This document shows, piece by piece, positions 42,468 through 51,684 of a stretch of 64,000 bases of DNA. The position numbers and the translations under genes were made by a program. Below the pieces are notes generated by a model. That model saw nothing but the letters and a program-made list of their open reading frames with translations. It was not told the DNA's origin and did not search any database. Positions within the stretch are counted from its first letter, which is position 1, and each line of letters begins with the position of its first letter. Source of the stretch: an uncultured Gammaproteobacteria bacterium (GTDB lineage: Bacteria; Pseudomonadota; Gammaproteobacteria; Nitrosococcales; Methylophagaceae); assembly GCA_905181885.1 (NCBI GenBank), contig CAJIZI010000001.1, positions 573,765 through 637,764 of the forward strand, written 5' to 3'.

Positions 42468-42557
42468 AATGGTTGAAGCAATTTATCATTATGGGCTGGT
42501 GGAAACCATAAAGAGAATACAAACCTTTAAATTTTCCTTTCAATTTAAAGAGTACTA

Positions 42558-43079
42558 TTACTGCTTATTTATTAAACGATTATTGGTATCTCTGTTTTCA
42601 CGAATTAATGTATTGCCTGCATTGTAATTCCCAGTTTTTAATAGTCGATCATAAAGTAGCACAATAACCGAAGCCGATAAGTTCATACAGCCTATCGTTG
42701 GAACATAAATAATGTCATCGGCCTTATCAATAATAGCCTGGTCTATGGAACCATCTTCAGGGCCAAAAATATAAAGAGCATTTTCTGGGTGCTCATATTC
42801 AGGTAAAGGGGTGGCATTTAATACAAATTCAACGCATACGACTTTCATTTCTTCGGGGACGTCATCTAAAAGGCAATTCTTTTGAGTTATCTTTACACCC
42901 ATACTGACCTTACGGCTCATGTCGACAGTTCTTGCTTTACGCTCAATCGCTCGTGGATAACGGTCACCAGTATAAAAAACATTGTCAATGCCATAATTTG
43001 CAGCGGCTCGCAAAACAGCTCCCACATTATCTGGGCTTTTAGGATTGACTAAACCGAGGCTTACTTTGGGTTCTTTCAT
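42558..43079 (-). CDS. TrmH/SpoU-family RNA 2'-O-methyltransferase
   Basis: 173 aa. SpoU motifs NVGAVLRAAANYG, LYIFGPEDGSI and VPTIGCMNLSASVIVLLYD. Confidence 0.75.
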   Translation of the reverse strand: MKEPKVSLGLVNPKSPDNVGAVLRAAANYGIDNVFYTGDRYPRAIERKARTVDMSRKVSMGVKITQKNCLLDDVPEEMKVVCVEFVLNATPLPEYEHPENALYIFGPEDGSIDQAIIDKADDIIYVPTIGCMNLSASVIVLLYDRLLKTGNYNAGNTLIRENRDTNNRLINKQ

Positions 43080-43124
43080 TGGTTCCTTGTTGAGACAATA
43101 ACTAATGACTAGAGTTAATATTTG

Positions 43125-43769
43125 CTAAATAGAATTCAGCGCTTCCAATATTACATCTAATCGCTGTTGTGGACGCTTCATTTCCAGCATGTTTTGTTTG
43201 ATCTCTGCAGGCATTGCAACCAAACTATTTACCAAAAAGCTAAACTCAATCGGTGACATTTTTTGCCAATGGTCCTCAGCGAGAATTTTTTGAATTTCAG
43301 CATTGCCATGGCTTATGGCTAATAAGCGTTGCATGATCTTTTCATGACCTTGCTTTAATGATAATCCTTCAGAGTCGCCATCCTCAATCCTGTCATCTTC
43401 ATAAGGCTCACAAGCCCATATATTAAACGGTAGGGTTTGGCGCTCTTCTTTTAGTCTCAGCCGTGTTTCAAAGGCAACCATTATTGCCATGCGGCCATCA
43501 TCCGTCTCCTCTATGAGCTCTACGGTACCGGCAGAAAAAACAGCGCATGGTTTGTAGGTAGATTGATTGTTATTGAGTATCTCTTCTCGAGTTTGCTCAC
43601 GCGTATTGGCGTGTACTATTTTTTCGGTATGACAAACTCCCATCATTACGTTGTTATCGATGCAGTATTTCACCATTTTTCGATAACGGGGCTCAAAAAC
43701 ATGTAAAGGCATTGATACGCCAGGAAAGTTAACTGAGTCGGGGATAGGGAAAAGTGCAACTTCTATCAT
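43125..43769 (-). CDS. LON-peptidase N-terminal (substrate-binding, PUA-like) domain protein
   Basis: Start set at MIEVALFPIPDSVNFPGVSMPLHVFEPRYRKMV, the classic LON_substr_bdg N-terminus. No protease domain. Confidence 0.7.
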   Translation of the reverse strand: MIEVALFPIPDSVNFPGVSMPLHVFEPRYRKMVKYCIDNNVMMGVCHTEKIVHANTREQTREEILNNNQSTYKPCAVFSAGTVELIEETDDGRMAIMVAFETRLRLKEERQTLPFNIWACEPYEDDRIEDGDSEGLSLKQGHEKIMQRLLAISHGNAEIQKILAEDHWQKMSPIEFSFLVNSLVAMPAEIKQNMLEMKRPQQRLDVILEALNSI

Positions 43770-44115
43770 AAGGTCAAAAGCTTTAATTAGTAGTAGATGA
43801 ATCAAGCGTTACTAGAGGTTAATCGGAACATGCCAGTTTTTTTCAAAGAAACCTCCTAATACCATGTCGCAAACCTTGATTTAACTTGGCCAACTAAGAA
43901 GTTATTTTCTAATTTAATTGTAGAAGGTCTGTCCGCTAATATCAACCTGAGAAAGAGGTTCGAGTCCTCACTTTTATATTTAATATTTCAACTTATTTTG
44001 GGTAAACATGTGCGGGTTATAAGCCCTTATATTTAATATAAACCACATGATTATGAAGGTACTAAAAAACAGTGATTTTGAGGGTTAGCCCATCGCTTTT
44101 AATTAGCTATAGATT

Positions 44116-44739
44116 TCACTTGTTCTCAATTAGCAACGGTTGTAGGTAGGGCCAGATGTTTTGTAACACAAATGGTTGACCATCTTTATTTGGATGCAGC
44201 CGGTCCTCAAGCATCAAGCTTTTATTGAGTGCAATGCCTTTCAACATAAATGGCAAGTAGGCAACATTATATTTATTTGCGATTTTCTCGTAGAGAGTAA
44301 AAAACATTTCTGTGTAGCGTTTACCGTAATTTTGTGGAATTTGGTTTCCGACTAATAGAACTCTGGCGTTCGATTGTTGAGCTTGTTCAATCATTTTTTC
44401 AATATTTTTACTCGTTTGAGTCAAGGGGTAGCCCCGTAAAGCATCATTAGCCCCGAGCTCCAAAATTATCCAGCGTGGTTTATATTGTTTGAGGAGCGGA
44501 CTAAAACGGGACAAACCGCCTTGAGAAGTTTCACCACTGACGCTTGCATTGACTACTTTAATTTCAGGGTTTGATTGAGAAAGTTGATTTTCAAGTAAAC
44601 TAACCCAGCCAACCTCTTGTCGTAAGTTGTAAGCTGCGCTTAGACTATCTCCCATAACCAGTAATGTAGATGCTGAAGCTAAGTTCATGTTGAGAAAAAT
44701 AACATAGAAAAACAACAATAATTGTTTTTTAAAAAACAT
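44116..44739 (-). CDS. tesA: SGNH/GDSL arylesterase / acyl-CoA thioesterase I
   Basis: Signal peptide, GDSLSA block I, ELGANDALRG block III and DRLHPN block V. Divergent from ybbA-ybbP as in E. coli. Confidence 0.85.
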   Translation of the reverse strand: MFFKKQLLLFFYVIFLNMNLASASTLLVMGDSLSAAYNLRQEVGWVSLLENQLSQSNPEIKVVNASVSGETSQGGLSRFSPLLKQYKPRWIILELGANDALRGYPLTQTSKNIEKMIEQAQQSNARVLLVGNQIPQNYGKRYTEMFFTLYEKIANKYNVAYLPFMLKGIALNKSLMLEDRLHPNKDGQPFVLQNIWPYLQPLLIENK

Positions 44740-44765
44740 ACCAAACCTTTTTAGAGCGAAATGCC

Positions 44766-45443
44766 ATGGCCATAAGAACTGCGATTAAAGTAAGCAATTT
44801 AACTCATACAGTTACTGCAAATACAGGTGACTTGACTATACTGAAGGGTATCAATATAGAAATCAAGGAAGGGGAGTCTGTTGCAATAGTGGGTTCTTCT
44901 GGCTCTGGGAAATCGACCTTACTTGGCTTATTAGCGGGACTAGATGTGAACACGTCAGGTGAAATAGTCCTCTATGGACAAGCATTCTCTAATTTAGATG
45001 AAGAGAAACGGGCCATCATAAGAGGAGAGTACGTTGGTTTTATTTTTCAGTCTTTCCATCTGTTACCTAGCCTTCAAGCAATTGAAAATGTGATGTTACC
45101 TGCTGAGTTAAAAGGCGATAAGGATGCACGTAAAAAAGCAGAGCTATTGTTAGATAAAGTTGGCTTATCTCATCGCTTAACGCATTACCCCAATCAACTT
45201 TCAGGTGGTGAACAGCAGCGAGTGGCTATTGCTAGAGCTTTTGCTTCTAGCCCAAAAATTCTCTTTGCTGATGAGCCAACGGGGAACCTAGATGAGCTCA
45301 ATGGTAAGATTATCATTAAGCAACTTTTTGAACTTAACAAGTCTCAAGGTACAACACTAATTATGGTTACTCATGATAATGAACTAGCTAAGAAATGTGA
45401 TCGACATATGGTGATGTCTGAAGGAAGTTTAGTAGAAAAATAA
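44766..45443 (+). CDS. ybbA: ABC transporter ATP-binding protein YbbA
   Basis: Walker A GSSGSGKST, signature LSGGEQQRV, Walker B LFADEPTGNLD. tesA|ybbA-ybbP synteny. Confidence 0.85.
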   Translation: MAIRTAIKVSNLTHTVTANTGDLTILKGINIEIKEGESVAIVGSSGSGKSTLLGLLAGLDVNTSGEIVLYGQAFSNLDEEKRAIIRGEYVGFIFQSFHLLPSLQAIENVMLPAELKGDKDARKKAELLLDKVGLSHRLTHYPNQLSGGEQQRVAIARAFASSPKILFADEPTGNLDELNGKIIIKQLFELNKSQGTTLIMVTHDNELAKKCDRHMVMSEGSLVEK

Positions 45444-47905
45444 TGGTGAATTTTGCGTTTAAGTTAATGTTAAGAGACTTGCGAAGCGGGGATATTCTGA
45501 CGCTTCTTATGGCATTAATCATTTCAGTTAGCACTGTGACTACAATTAGTTTATTCATCGATAGACTTCAGCTTTCATTTGAACAAGAGTCTGCAAATTT
45601 ACTTGCTGCGGATCGTCTAATTCGTTCCGATGAAGAGATCCCAAAAAACTGGCAATTCAAAGCAAAAGAGATGTCTTTAAAGCAAGCAAAGCGAACTTCA
45701 TTTGGCACTATGATATTTTCAGGTGATGCGCTACAGTTAAGCCAGTTAAGTGCAGTAACAGATACTTACCCATTGAAAGGCGCCTACTTAGTAGATGATA
45801 CATTATTTGCTAGAGGACAGCCTTCAAAACAGCCACCCAAAAAAGGGGAAGTTTGGCTATCATCTAGGCTCGCCAGTTTATTAAATGTGAGAATTGGTGA
45901 TCAGGTGGAAGTGGGTGAATCTCAATTAACAGTCGCCAAGTATTTGGTGAGAGATCCAGGCTCAAGTTCTTCAGCATTTGCGATATCGCCCCGTGCAGTA
46001 ATGAATATCAAAGATCTCCCATCGACTAAAGTTATTATTCCAGGTAGTCGAGTTCGCTATTCTCTTTTACTAGCAGGAGAGCCTAGCGATCTTGAGAACT
46101 TTGAAAGCTGGGTAGTACCTGAGTTGAATGAGGGCCAGCGGTGGCGAACACCGGTAGAGAAAGGTGAGCGTATTGGTGACACGATTGTAAAAGCGGAGTC
46201 TTTTTTATTGTTGGCAGGGATCTTGGCTGTTGTGATGTCTGGAATAGCAATGGCACTGGCATCCACACGATTTGTAAAGAGACATTTGGTTCAGGTGGCA
46301 GTGCTTAAAACCTTAGGAGCAACACCAAAAGTTTTGATTAAAGTGTTCTCGATACAATTTGTAATACTATTTTTCATTGGCGCGCTACTAGGTTTGTTTG
46401 TTGGTTGGGGGGGCCAGGGAGTTATTTCATCACTCTTATCAGGATTGATGTCGACTTCGTTACCGGAGCCTTCGGTTGGCCGATTATGGCTGGGGATAGT
46501 AACGGGCTTGATTTCTATGGTAGCTTTTTGCATGCCAATGATGCTGCGGCTTATCAAAATATCGCCAATGTCAGTATTACAACCAAGTCGAAAAATAGAA
46601 AAAAATTCTTTGGCCGTATATAGCATCGGCTTTATCGGGATCTACGGACTAATGTGCATTTATACAAAAGGATTCTTGTTACCTAGCATTATGACGTTAG
46701 CGATGTTGGCAATTGGAATTTTGGTAAGCATAGTAGGCTGGCTGGTCTTTAAATTGGGAAGGTCCTTAACATCTGGCGCTACCAGTGGATGGCAGATTGG
46801 TTTTGCTTCACTCTATCGAAGACTTTTGCCAAATCTTTTCCAATTATTAGTGTTTACATTAATCATAATGCTCGGCCTAGTTTTAGTTGGAGTGAAGTCC
46901 AGCCTAGTATCAGAATGGCAGGATCAATTGCCTGTCGACGCTCCCAATCATTACTTGTTTAATGTGCAGAAAGATCAGATTGAACAAATCAATGCGTCAA
47001 CGGAAAATTTGAGGGTTTTAAGATCTGATTGGTACCCGATGGTTAGAGGTCGCGTAATATCAGTCAATGGAAAAAGTATTCAAACGCTTTACCCTGAAGG
47101 TAAGGGCGAACCAGAATTATATGAACGCGAATTAAACTTAACGTGGTCACATTCCTTGGGTAAAGGAAATAAGCTTCTGTCTGGTGACTTTTCCGCTGAT
47201 GGGCTATCTATCGAGCAAAGAGTGGCCAAAGCAGCCAACCTTAGCCTTGGAGATACTCTAACTCTTAACATAGGAGGTAATATTGTTAGTTTGCCAATAA
47301 CTTCAGTTCGCTCAGTTGATTGGAGTTCAATGCAGCCTAATTTTTATTTAATTTTACCAAAAAGAGTACTGGACGGTTATTCAGCAAACTTTGTTAGTAG
47401 CTTGTTTATTAGTAATACGAACGCGCAGCCCTTTTATAAGTCAATGTCTCAGCATCCAACTGTTTCTATTCTTAATGTTGGTGATATTTTAAAACAAATA
47501 CAAACAATCATAGGCCAATTATCAGAGGCTATTCAGTTGGTATTATTATGCATACTGATTGCTGGAGCTTTAGTTTTGATTGCTAGCGTAAGATCAACAT
47601 TAGAAGAGCGATTAGAGGAGGGAGCATTGTTACGTGTTTTGGGGGCAAAGAAAGCTTTGATACAACAGTCACTCGTTGTAGAGTTTGGTGCCCTTGGACT
47701 CTTTTCAGGGCTTATTGCAGCCGCTGGAGCTGAGGCTTGCGTGTATGCCCTACAAGTTTTTATATTCAAATCTCAAGCCAGCTGGCACCCATTACTTTGG
47801 GCATTAGGTCCTTTAATTGGAATATCTATTATTACGGCTATTGGTCTATTTGCTAGCAGGATAGTATTAAAAGTACCTCCTATGCATTTGTTGCGTGACT
47901 TTTGA
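45443..47905 (+). CDS. ybbP: ABC transporter permease YbbP (double FtsX-type)
   Basis: 820 aa with two FtsX-like TM bundles (VAVLKTLGAT..., ALLRVLGAK...). The start overlaps the ybbA stop (ATAATG). Confidence 0.8.
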   Translation: MVNFAFKLMLRDLRSGDILTLLMALIISVSTVTTISLFIDRLQLSFEQESANLLAADRLIRSDEEIPKNWQFKAKEMSLKQAKRTSFGTMIFSGDALQLSQLSAVTDTYPLKGAYLVDDTLFARGQPSKQPPKKGEVWLSSRLASLLNVRIGDQVEVGESQLTVAKYLVRDPGSSSSAFAISPRAVMNIKDLPSTKVIIPGSRVRYSLLLAGEPSDLENFESWVVPELNEGQRWRTPVEKGERIGDTIVKAESFLLLAGILAVVMSGIAMALASTRFVKRHLVQVAVLKTLGATPKVLIKVFSIQFVILFFIGALLGLFVGWGGQGVISSLLSGLMSTSLPEPSVGRLWLGIVTGLISMVAFCMPMMLRLIKISPMSVLQPSRKIEKNSLAVYSIGFIGIYGLMCIYTKGFLLPSIMTLAMLAIGILVSIVGWLVFKLGRSLTSGATSGWQIGFASLYRRLLPNLFQLLVFTLIIMLGLVLVGVKSSLVSEWQDQLPVDAPNHYLFNVQKDQIEQINASTENLRVLRSDWYPMVRGRVISVNGKSIQTLYPEGKGEPELYERELNLTWSHSLGKGNKLLSGDFSADGLSIEQRVAKAANLSLGDTLTLNIGGNIVSLPITSVRSVDWSSMQPNFYLILPKRVLDGYSANFVSSLFISNTNAQPFYKSMSQHPTVSILNVGDILKQIQTIIGQLSEAIQLVLLCILIAGALVLIASVRSTLEERLEEGALLRVLGAKKALIQQSLVVEFGALGLFSGLIAAAGAEACVYALQVFIFKSQASWHPLLWALGPLIGISIITAIGLFASRIVLKVPPMHLLRDF

Positions 47906-48114
47906 CTGAACAGCTTTTAACGAGAAAAAGAGTAGACTTCATAATGGCTATTTCAATTTTGAAAACTACAGAGAGAATAATTATTAAATCCGATTAAAAG
48001 AATGAAAAGTGGAATTACTTGAACAAATAGGACTAGGCTCACTTAACACCATAATAAAAAGCTAGCTAAGAGTCGCTGGGTCAAAACAAATGAACTAAAG
48101 GACACAAACAGGCT

Positions 48115-48870
48115 ATGACAAAAGGTAGTAACAAACTGGCTTGGATTACCGGAGGTGGTACCGGAATTGGCAAAGCATTGGCATTAGCTTTGGATAAGCA
48201 GGGGTGGCAAGTTATAATTTCTGGTAGAACAGAACAAAAGCTCCAGGCTGTTGTAGAGCTTGGCCAAAAAATAGCTTATCTGACGTTAGATGTAACAGAT
48301 AGGGAACAGAGTCAGCAAGTTTTTAATACCTTATACGAGAAGTACGGGTTACCGGAGGTCGTTGTTTTAAATGCTGGTGATTACACCCCGATGCCAGTAG
48401 ATGAATTTAACCTTGACTTGGTTTATAAGCTGAATCAAGTGAATTACTTAGGGGTCATGAATGGGCTAGCCTCAATATTACCTTTGATGAAAGCACGTAA
48501 ATCAGGACAAATATTACTGATGGCCAGTGTGGCGGGTTACCGGGGCCTACCAGATGCGGCACCTTATGGAGCAACGAAAGCTGCTTTAATCAATTTTTGT
48601 GAGGCGATGTATATACCCTTGAAAAAGCAAGGTGTTTTGTTACGAATAATCAACCCTGGCTTTGTAACAACACAGTTAACGGCGAAAAATACTTTTAAGA
48701 TGCCAGCGGAAATAACATCAACTGAAGCAGCAGAGCGAATAGTTAAAGCGCTTGCATCAAATAGTTTTGAAATTACATTTCCAAAGCGTTTCACCTACAT
48801 ATTAAAAATATTACGTGTATTACCTTATCGGCTTTATTTTTTCTTTACCAGTAAAATAATAGGTAAATAG
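48115..48870 (+). CDS. Short-chain dehydrogenase/reductase (classical SDR)
   Basis: TGGGTGIGKALA cofactor motif, NAG, YGATKAAL catalytic YxxxK. Confidence 0.8.
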   Translation: MTKGSNKLAWITGGGTGIGKALALALDKQGWQVIISGRTEQKLQAVVELGQKIAYLTLDVTDREQSQQVFNTLYEKYGLPEVVVLNAGDYTPMPVDEFNLDLVYKLNQVNYLGVMNGLASILPLMKARKSGQILLMASVAGYRGLPDAAPYGATKAALINFCEAMYIPLKKQGVLLRIINPGFVTTQLTAKNTFKMPAEITSTEAAERIVKALASNSFEITFPKRFTYILKILRVLPYRLYFFFTSKIIGK

Positions 48871-49296
48871 ATGATTTCAAGACAACATGCATTGAATAGC
48901 TATATTATTTTTTTTGAACAAATGAAAAGAGAAGATTTAGTGCGGTTGCCAGAGTTTTTTGCTGACCAAGCCCGCTTTAAAGATCCCTTTAATGATGTAA
49001 CAGGCATTGAGCAAATTAATAAAGTTTTTCATCACATGTTTGAGACTTTAGATACACCTAAATTTATTATTGATGAAGCTGTTTTAGAATCTGATGTTGC
49101 CTACATAAAATGGAATTTCACGGGTGCTTCAAATGCCAAGCAATTGAAACTTGTTGGGCTTAGCAGAGTGGTCTTTAATGATCGAGGCCTTGTCTCAGAA
49201 CATGTTGATTACTGGGATGCGAGTGAACAGTTTTATATGAAGCTACCGGTCATCGGCAGTATTTTACGTTTTATTCGTAATAAAGCTGCCAACTAA
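48871..49296 (+). CDS. NTF2/SnoaL-like fold protein
   Basis: 141 aa. The start abuts the SDR stop. The pattern F....ARFKDPFN...G...I..VF.HMF fits the NTF2-like family that co-occurs with SDR genes in furan-fatty-acid/photo-oxidative clusters. Confidence 0.55.
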   Translation: MISRQHALNSYIIFFEQMKREDLVRLPEFFADQARFKDPFNDVTGIEQINKVFHHMFETLDTPKFIIDEAVLESDVAYIKWNFTGASNAKQLKLVGLSRVVFNDRGLVSEHVDYWDASEQFYMKLPVIGSILRFIRNKAAN

Positions 49297-49848
49297 TTAC
49301 CAATTGAGTAGCTCTTTTCTAAGAGATTCAGATAAAGAGTTTTCGGCTAACCATAGACCGAGGTAATATCTGGCAAAGCTGATGTTGGTGTTTTGATAAA
49401 GTAATTCATCATTAAAAAACAGAGAAAGTCCTTTATCATGATGAATATCTAGACGAAAGCGGTCACCACTAGTGACGTCTTGATAAAGATCGTGCAGAGC
49501 ATTGGTATCCCTTTGATATAAAGCCAGTTTATTTTTAGTGTGTTGGCGGCTGAGAACCTCTTCTGCACTATTAATTAACTGAGACTTTGAAAGAGACACT
49601 TTATAGCGTAGTTCAAGAGAAAAAGGATGGTTGCCTCTCAGAATCTGACTTGCTTGTATATCAGGGGCGGCATAGAGAGCAGCATCATAAACATCAATAA
49701 AGCCAAGCCATGTCGCTGTAGAGGTAGACTTTAATTCAACTTCGCTGCTTGATGCATGAAAATCAAGTTGCGAGGGTGGCATAGCCCAGCTAATATTAAA
49801 AAGTAAGGAATAAGAAACCCATACAAAAAGAAGGTGCTTTTTCATCAC
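49297..49848 (-). CDS. Chalcone-isomerase-like (fatty-acid-binding type) periplasmic protein
   Basis: A signal peptide is followed by TATWLGFIDVYDAALYA and YYLGLWL motifs, typical of the bacterial Chalcone_3-like family. Last gene of the minus-strand operon. Confidence 0.55.
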   Translation of the reverse strand: MMKKHLLFVWVSYSLLFNISWAMPPSQLDFHASSSEVELKSTSTATWLGFIDVYDAALYAAPDIQASQILRGNHPFSLELRYKVSLSKSQLINSAEEVLSRQHTKNKLALYQRDTNALHDLYQDVTSGDRFRLDIHHDKGLSLFFNDELLYQNTNISFARYYLGLWLAENSLSESLRKELLNW

Positions 49849-50379
49849 TTATGGGGTTTTGAAGGTGAGTGTAACTTCACCTAAAAAAACACCAAATTTT
49901 GTCATTTTCGCCCGATTAATGAGTACGCCATCTTCTTGTAAGAACATCCAATCATCAAACTGTACTTTAACGGTCCCATCTTTGTAAGGAAGATCTAGGG
50001 TATATGCCCAATTCAGGCTGTTACCGTAAGCTTTACCAGTAGCGTGTCCAATTACATCAGCTGCTCGACCCTCATAGTTATTGTCATCAATTTTTTTAAT
50101 AGTCCACACGCGCCGGTCTTTGGTTCCGTCAGAATATGTAAAGTCTTCTTCTAGTATTAGCTCTCCATCTACCATTTTACCAAGGATATCGACAGTAAAT
50201 TGCTTCTCAACATAACCGCTTCGGTTTTGGAATATGCCCCAAGCACGTGTTTGGCCGAGGAAATAGTCTTCTAAAATTAAGCGAGGTGTAGTATTTTTAT
50301 ACTGTTCAGTAGTCATATTGGTACAGCCAGAAAGGTTGAAAAGAATGAGTGATAATAAAGTTAAGAGGCTTTTGTTCAT
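49849..50379 (-). CDS. DUF3833-family lipocalin-like lipoprotein
   Basis: Lipobox LSGC. LEDYF.G...AWGIF..R.G and W....DDW.F motifs typical of DUF3833. Confidence 0.65.
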   Translation of the reverse strand: MNKSLLTLLSLILFNLSGCTNMTTEQYKNTTPRLILEDYFLGQTRAWGIFQNRSGYVEKQFTVDILGKMVDGELILEEDFTYSDGTKDRRVWTIKKIDDNNYEGRAADVIGHATGKAYGNSLNWAYTLDLPYKDGTVKVQFDDWMFLQEDGVLINRAKMTKFGVFLGEVTLTFKTP

Positions 50380-50380
50380 A

Positions 50381-51682
50381 TTATGGTTCCTCAGTTAGTT
50401 GCTGTTGTATATGTCGGTGTTGTTGGCGATTTAACGGGAAATTCCATATTGTCCAAGCAGCTAGGAGCTTAAAAGGAATGGGAAGGAGACCATAAAGCAG
50501 AGTAAGTCCTAATAAATTATTATCAGCGGGAGCTGTTTGTGTGTCAAAGCCTAAAAAGACTAACAAAGGAAAAGCAATACCGACAGCTAATGCCAGTGAT
50601 AGCTTCGTGGCCATACCCCAAAGGCCAAAGAAAAAACCACTTCGCTGCCCGCCTCCGCCGGCGCTATCAAGATCAATCACATCGGCTTGAATTGATGCAG
50701 GTAAGGCCATGTCGATACCTAAACTTAGCCCAGATAAAATACAGACAAGAAGAAAGGGCAAAAAGTCTCCTGCTCCTATGCTGGGGACCCATGCAAAAAC
50801 ACCCACAGCCCATAACATTGACACACCCCATACACGGTGTTTGTTATAACGCTTAGCGAGCTTCACACCGATGGGTAAGCCTATCAAACCACTGATAAAA
50901 TATGCTGATAATAACAGGCCAAACTGTTCGGGCAAGACCAAAACATAGGTCACAAATAGCAAGAAGAGAGTTGCAGGTAGGCCATTAGCGATGCCATTCA
51001 TAAAATAAGCAAAGAGTAATCGTATAAATAAGTGATTGCTTTTGAGTAAAGCAAACCCTGCTCGATAACTGATAGGTTGTACACGCCGGTTAGACTCGGG
51101 TACTTTGAGAACACAAATTAGGATAGTAATAGGAAGAAGAATAGTTAAAGATTGGGCGAGAACAAGTAGTGCCTTGCCAGGTTCGTCACTAGCAATACCC
51201 ATAGCTAAGGGTAAGCCTGCAGCAAATAAAGTACCTATTAAAACAAAGCTTTCTCGGCTGGCTGTAATTGTACTACGTTGGTCATAATTCCCAGATAATT
51301 CAGCTCCCCAGGCGGTATAGGGCAGAGTGAGTAGGCTCCATGCGAAATAAACAAGAATACTCCAGAGCAAAAGCCAATAAAAACCGCTTCCTTCAGGCGG
51401 AACAAAAAGTGCCCATAGGGCTATGATTAATAATGGTGTAGCTATAACCATTAACCATTTACGCCTTGACGGCAGAGGGAGCCAATCAGAGAATATCCCG
51501 ATCATGGGATCTGTGATGACATCACTAATACGTGCAATTAATAAAGCTAACCCGACAGTGGCAAGGCCAAGGCCCAATTGCTCAGCATAAAAAGTAGGTA
51601 AGTAAATATAGAGGGGCAAACCTAACGCGGCTAAGGGTAGCCCCGGCAGACCATAAAGCCAATAGCGAATAACTTGAGACAC
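50381..51682 (-). CDS. MFS transporter (GPH / MFS_2-like)
   Basis: About 12 TM helices. Start reassigned to the GTG at 51682, 2 nt after the upstream stop, because the track ORF start at 51772 would overlap the upstream gene by 88 nt. Confidence 0.7.
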   Translation of the reverse strand: MSQVIRYWLYGLPGLPLAALGLPLYIYLPTFYAEQLGLGLATVGLALLIARISDVITDPMIGIFSDWLPLPSRRKWLMVIATPLLIIALWALFVPPEGSGFYWLLLWSILVYFAWSLLTLPYTAWGAELSGNYDQRSTITASRESFVLIGTLFAAGLPLAMGIASDEPGKALLVLAQSLTILLPITILICVLKVPESNRRVQPISYRAGFALLKSNHLFIRLLFAYFMNGIANGLPATLFLLFVTYVLVLPEQFGLLLSAYFISGLIGLPIGVKLAKRYNKHRVWGVSMLWAVGVFAWVPSIGAGDFLPFLLVCILSGLSLGIDMALPASIQADVIDLDSAGGGGQRSGFFFGLWGMATKLSLALAVGIAFPLLVFLGFDTQTAPADNNLLGLTLLYGLLPIPFKLLAAWTIWNFPLNRQQHRHIQQQLTEEP

Positions 51683-51684
51683 TG

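Noticed and set aside
42524-42550. The AT-rich hairpin CTTTAAATT-N8-AATTTAAAG between the convergent FkbM and trmH-like genes.
   Set aside because: It has only A/T-rich pairing and no flanking T/A run. It is too weak to call a terminator.
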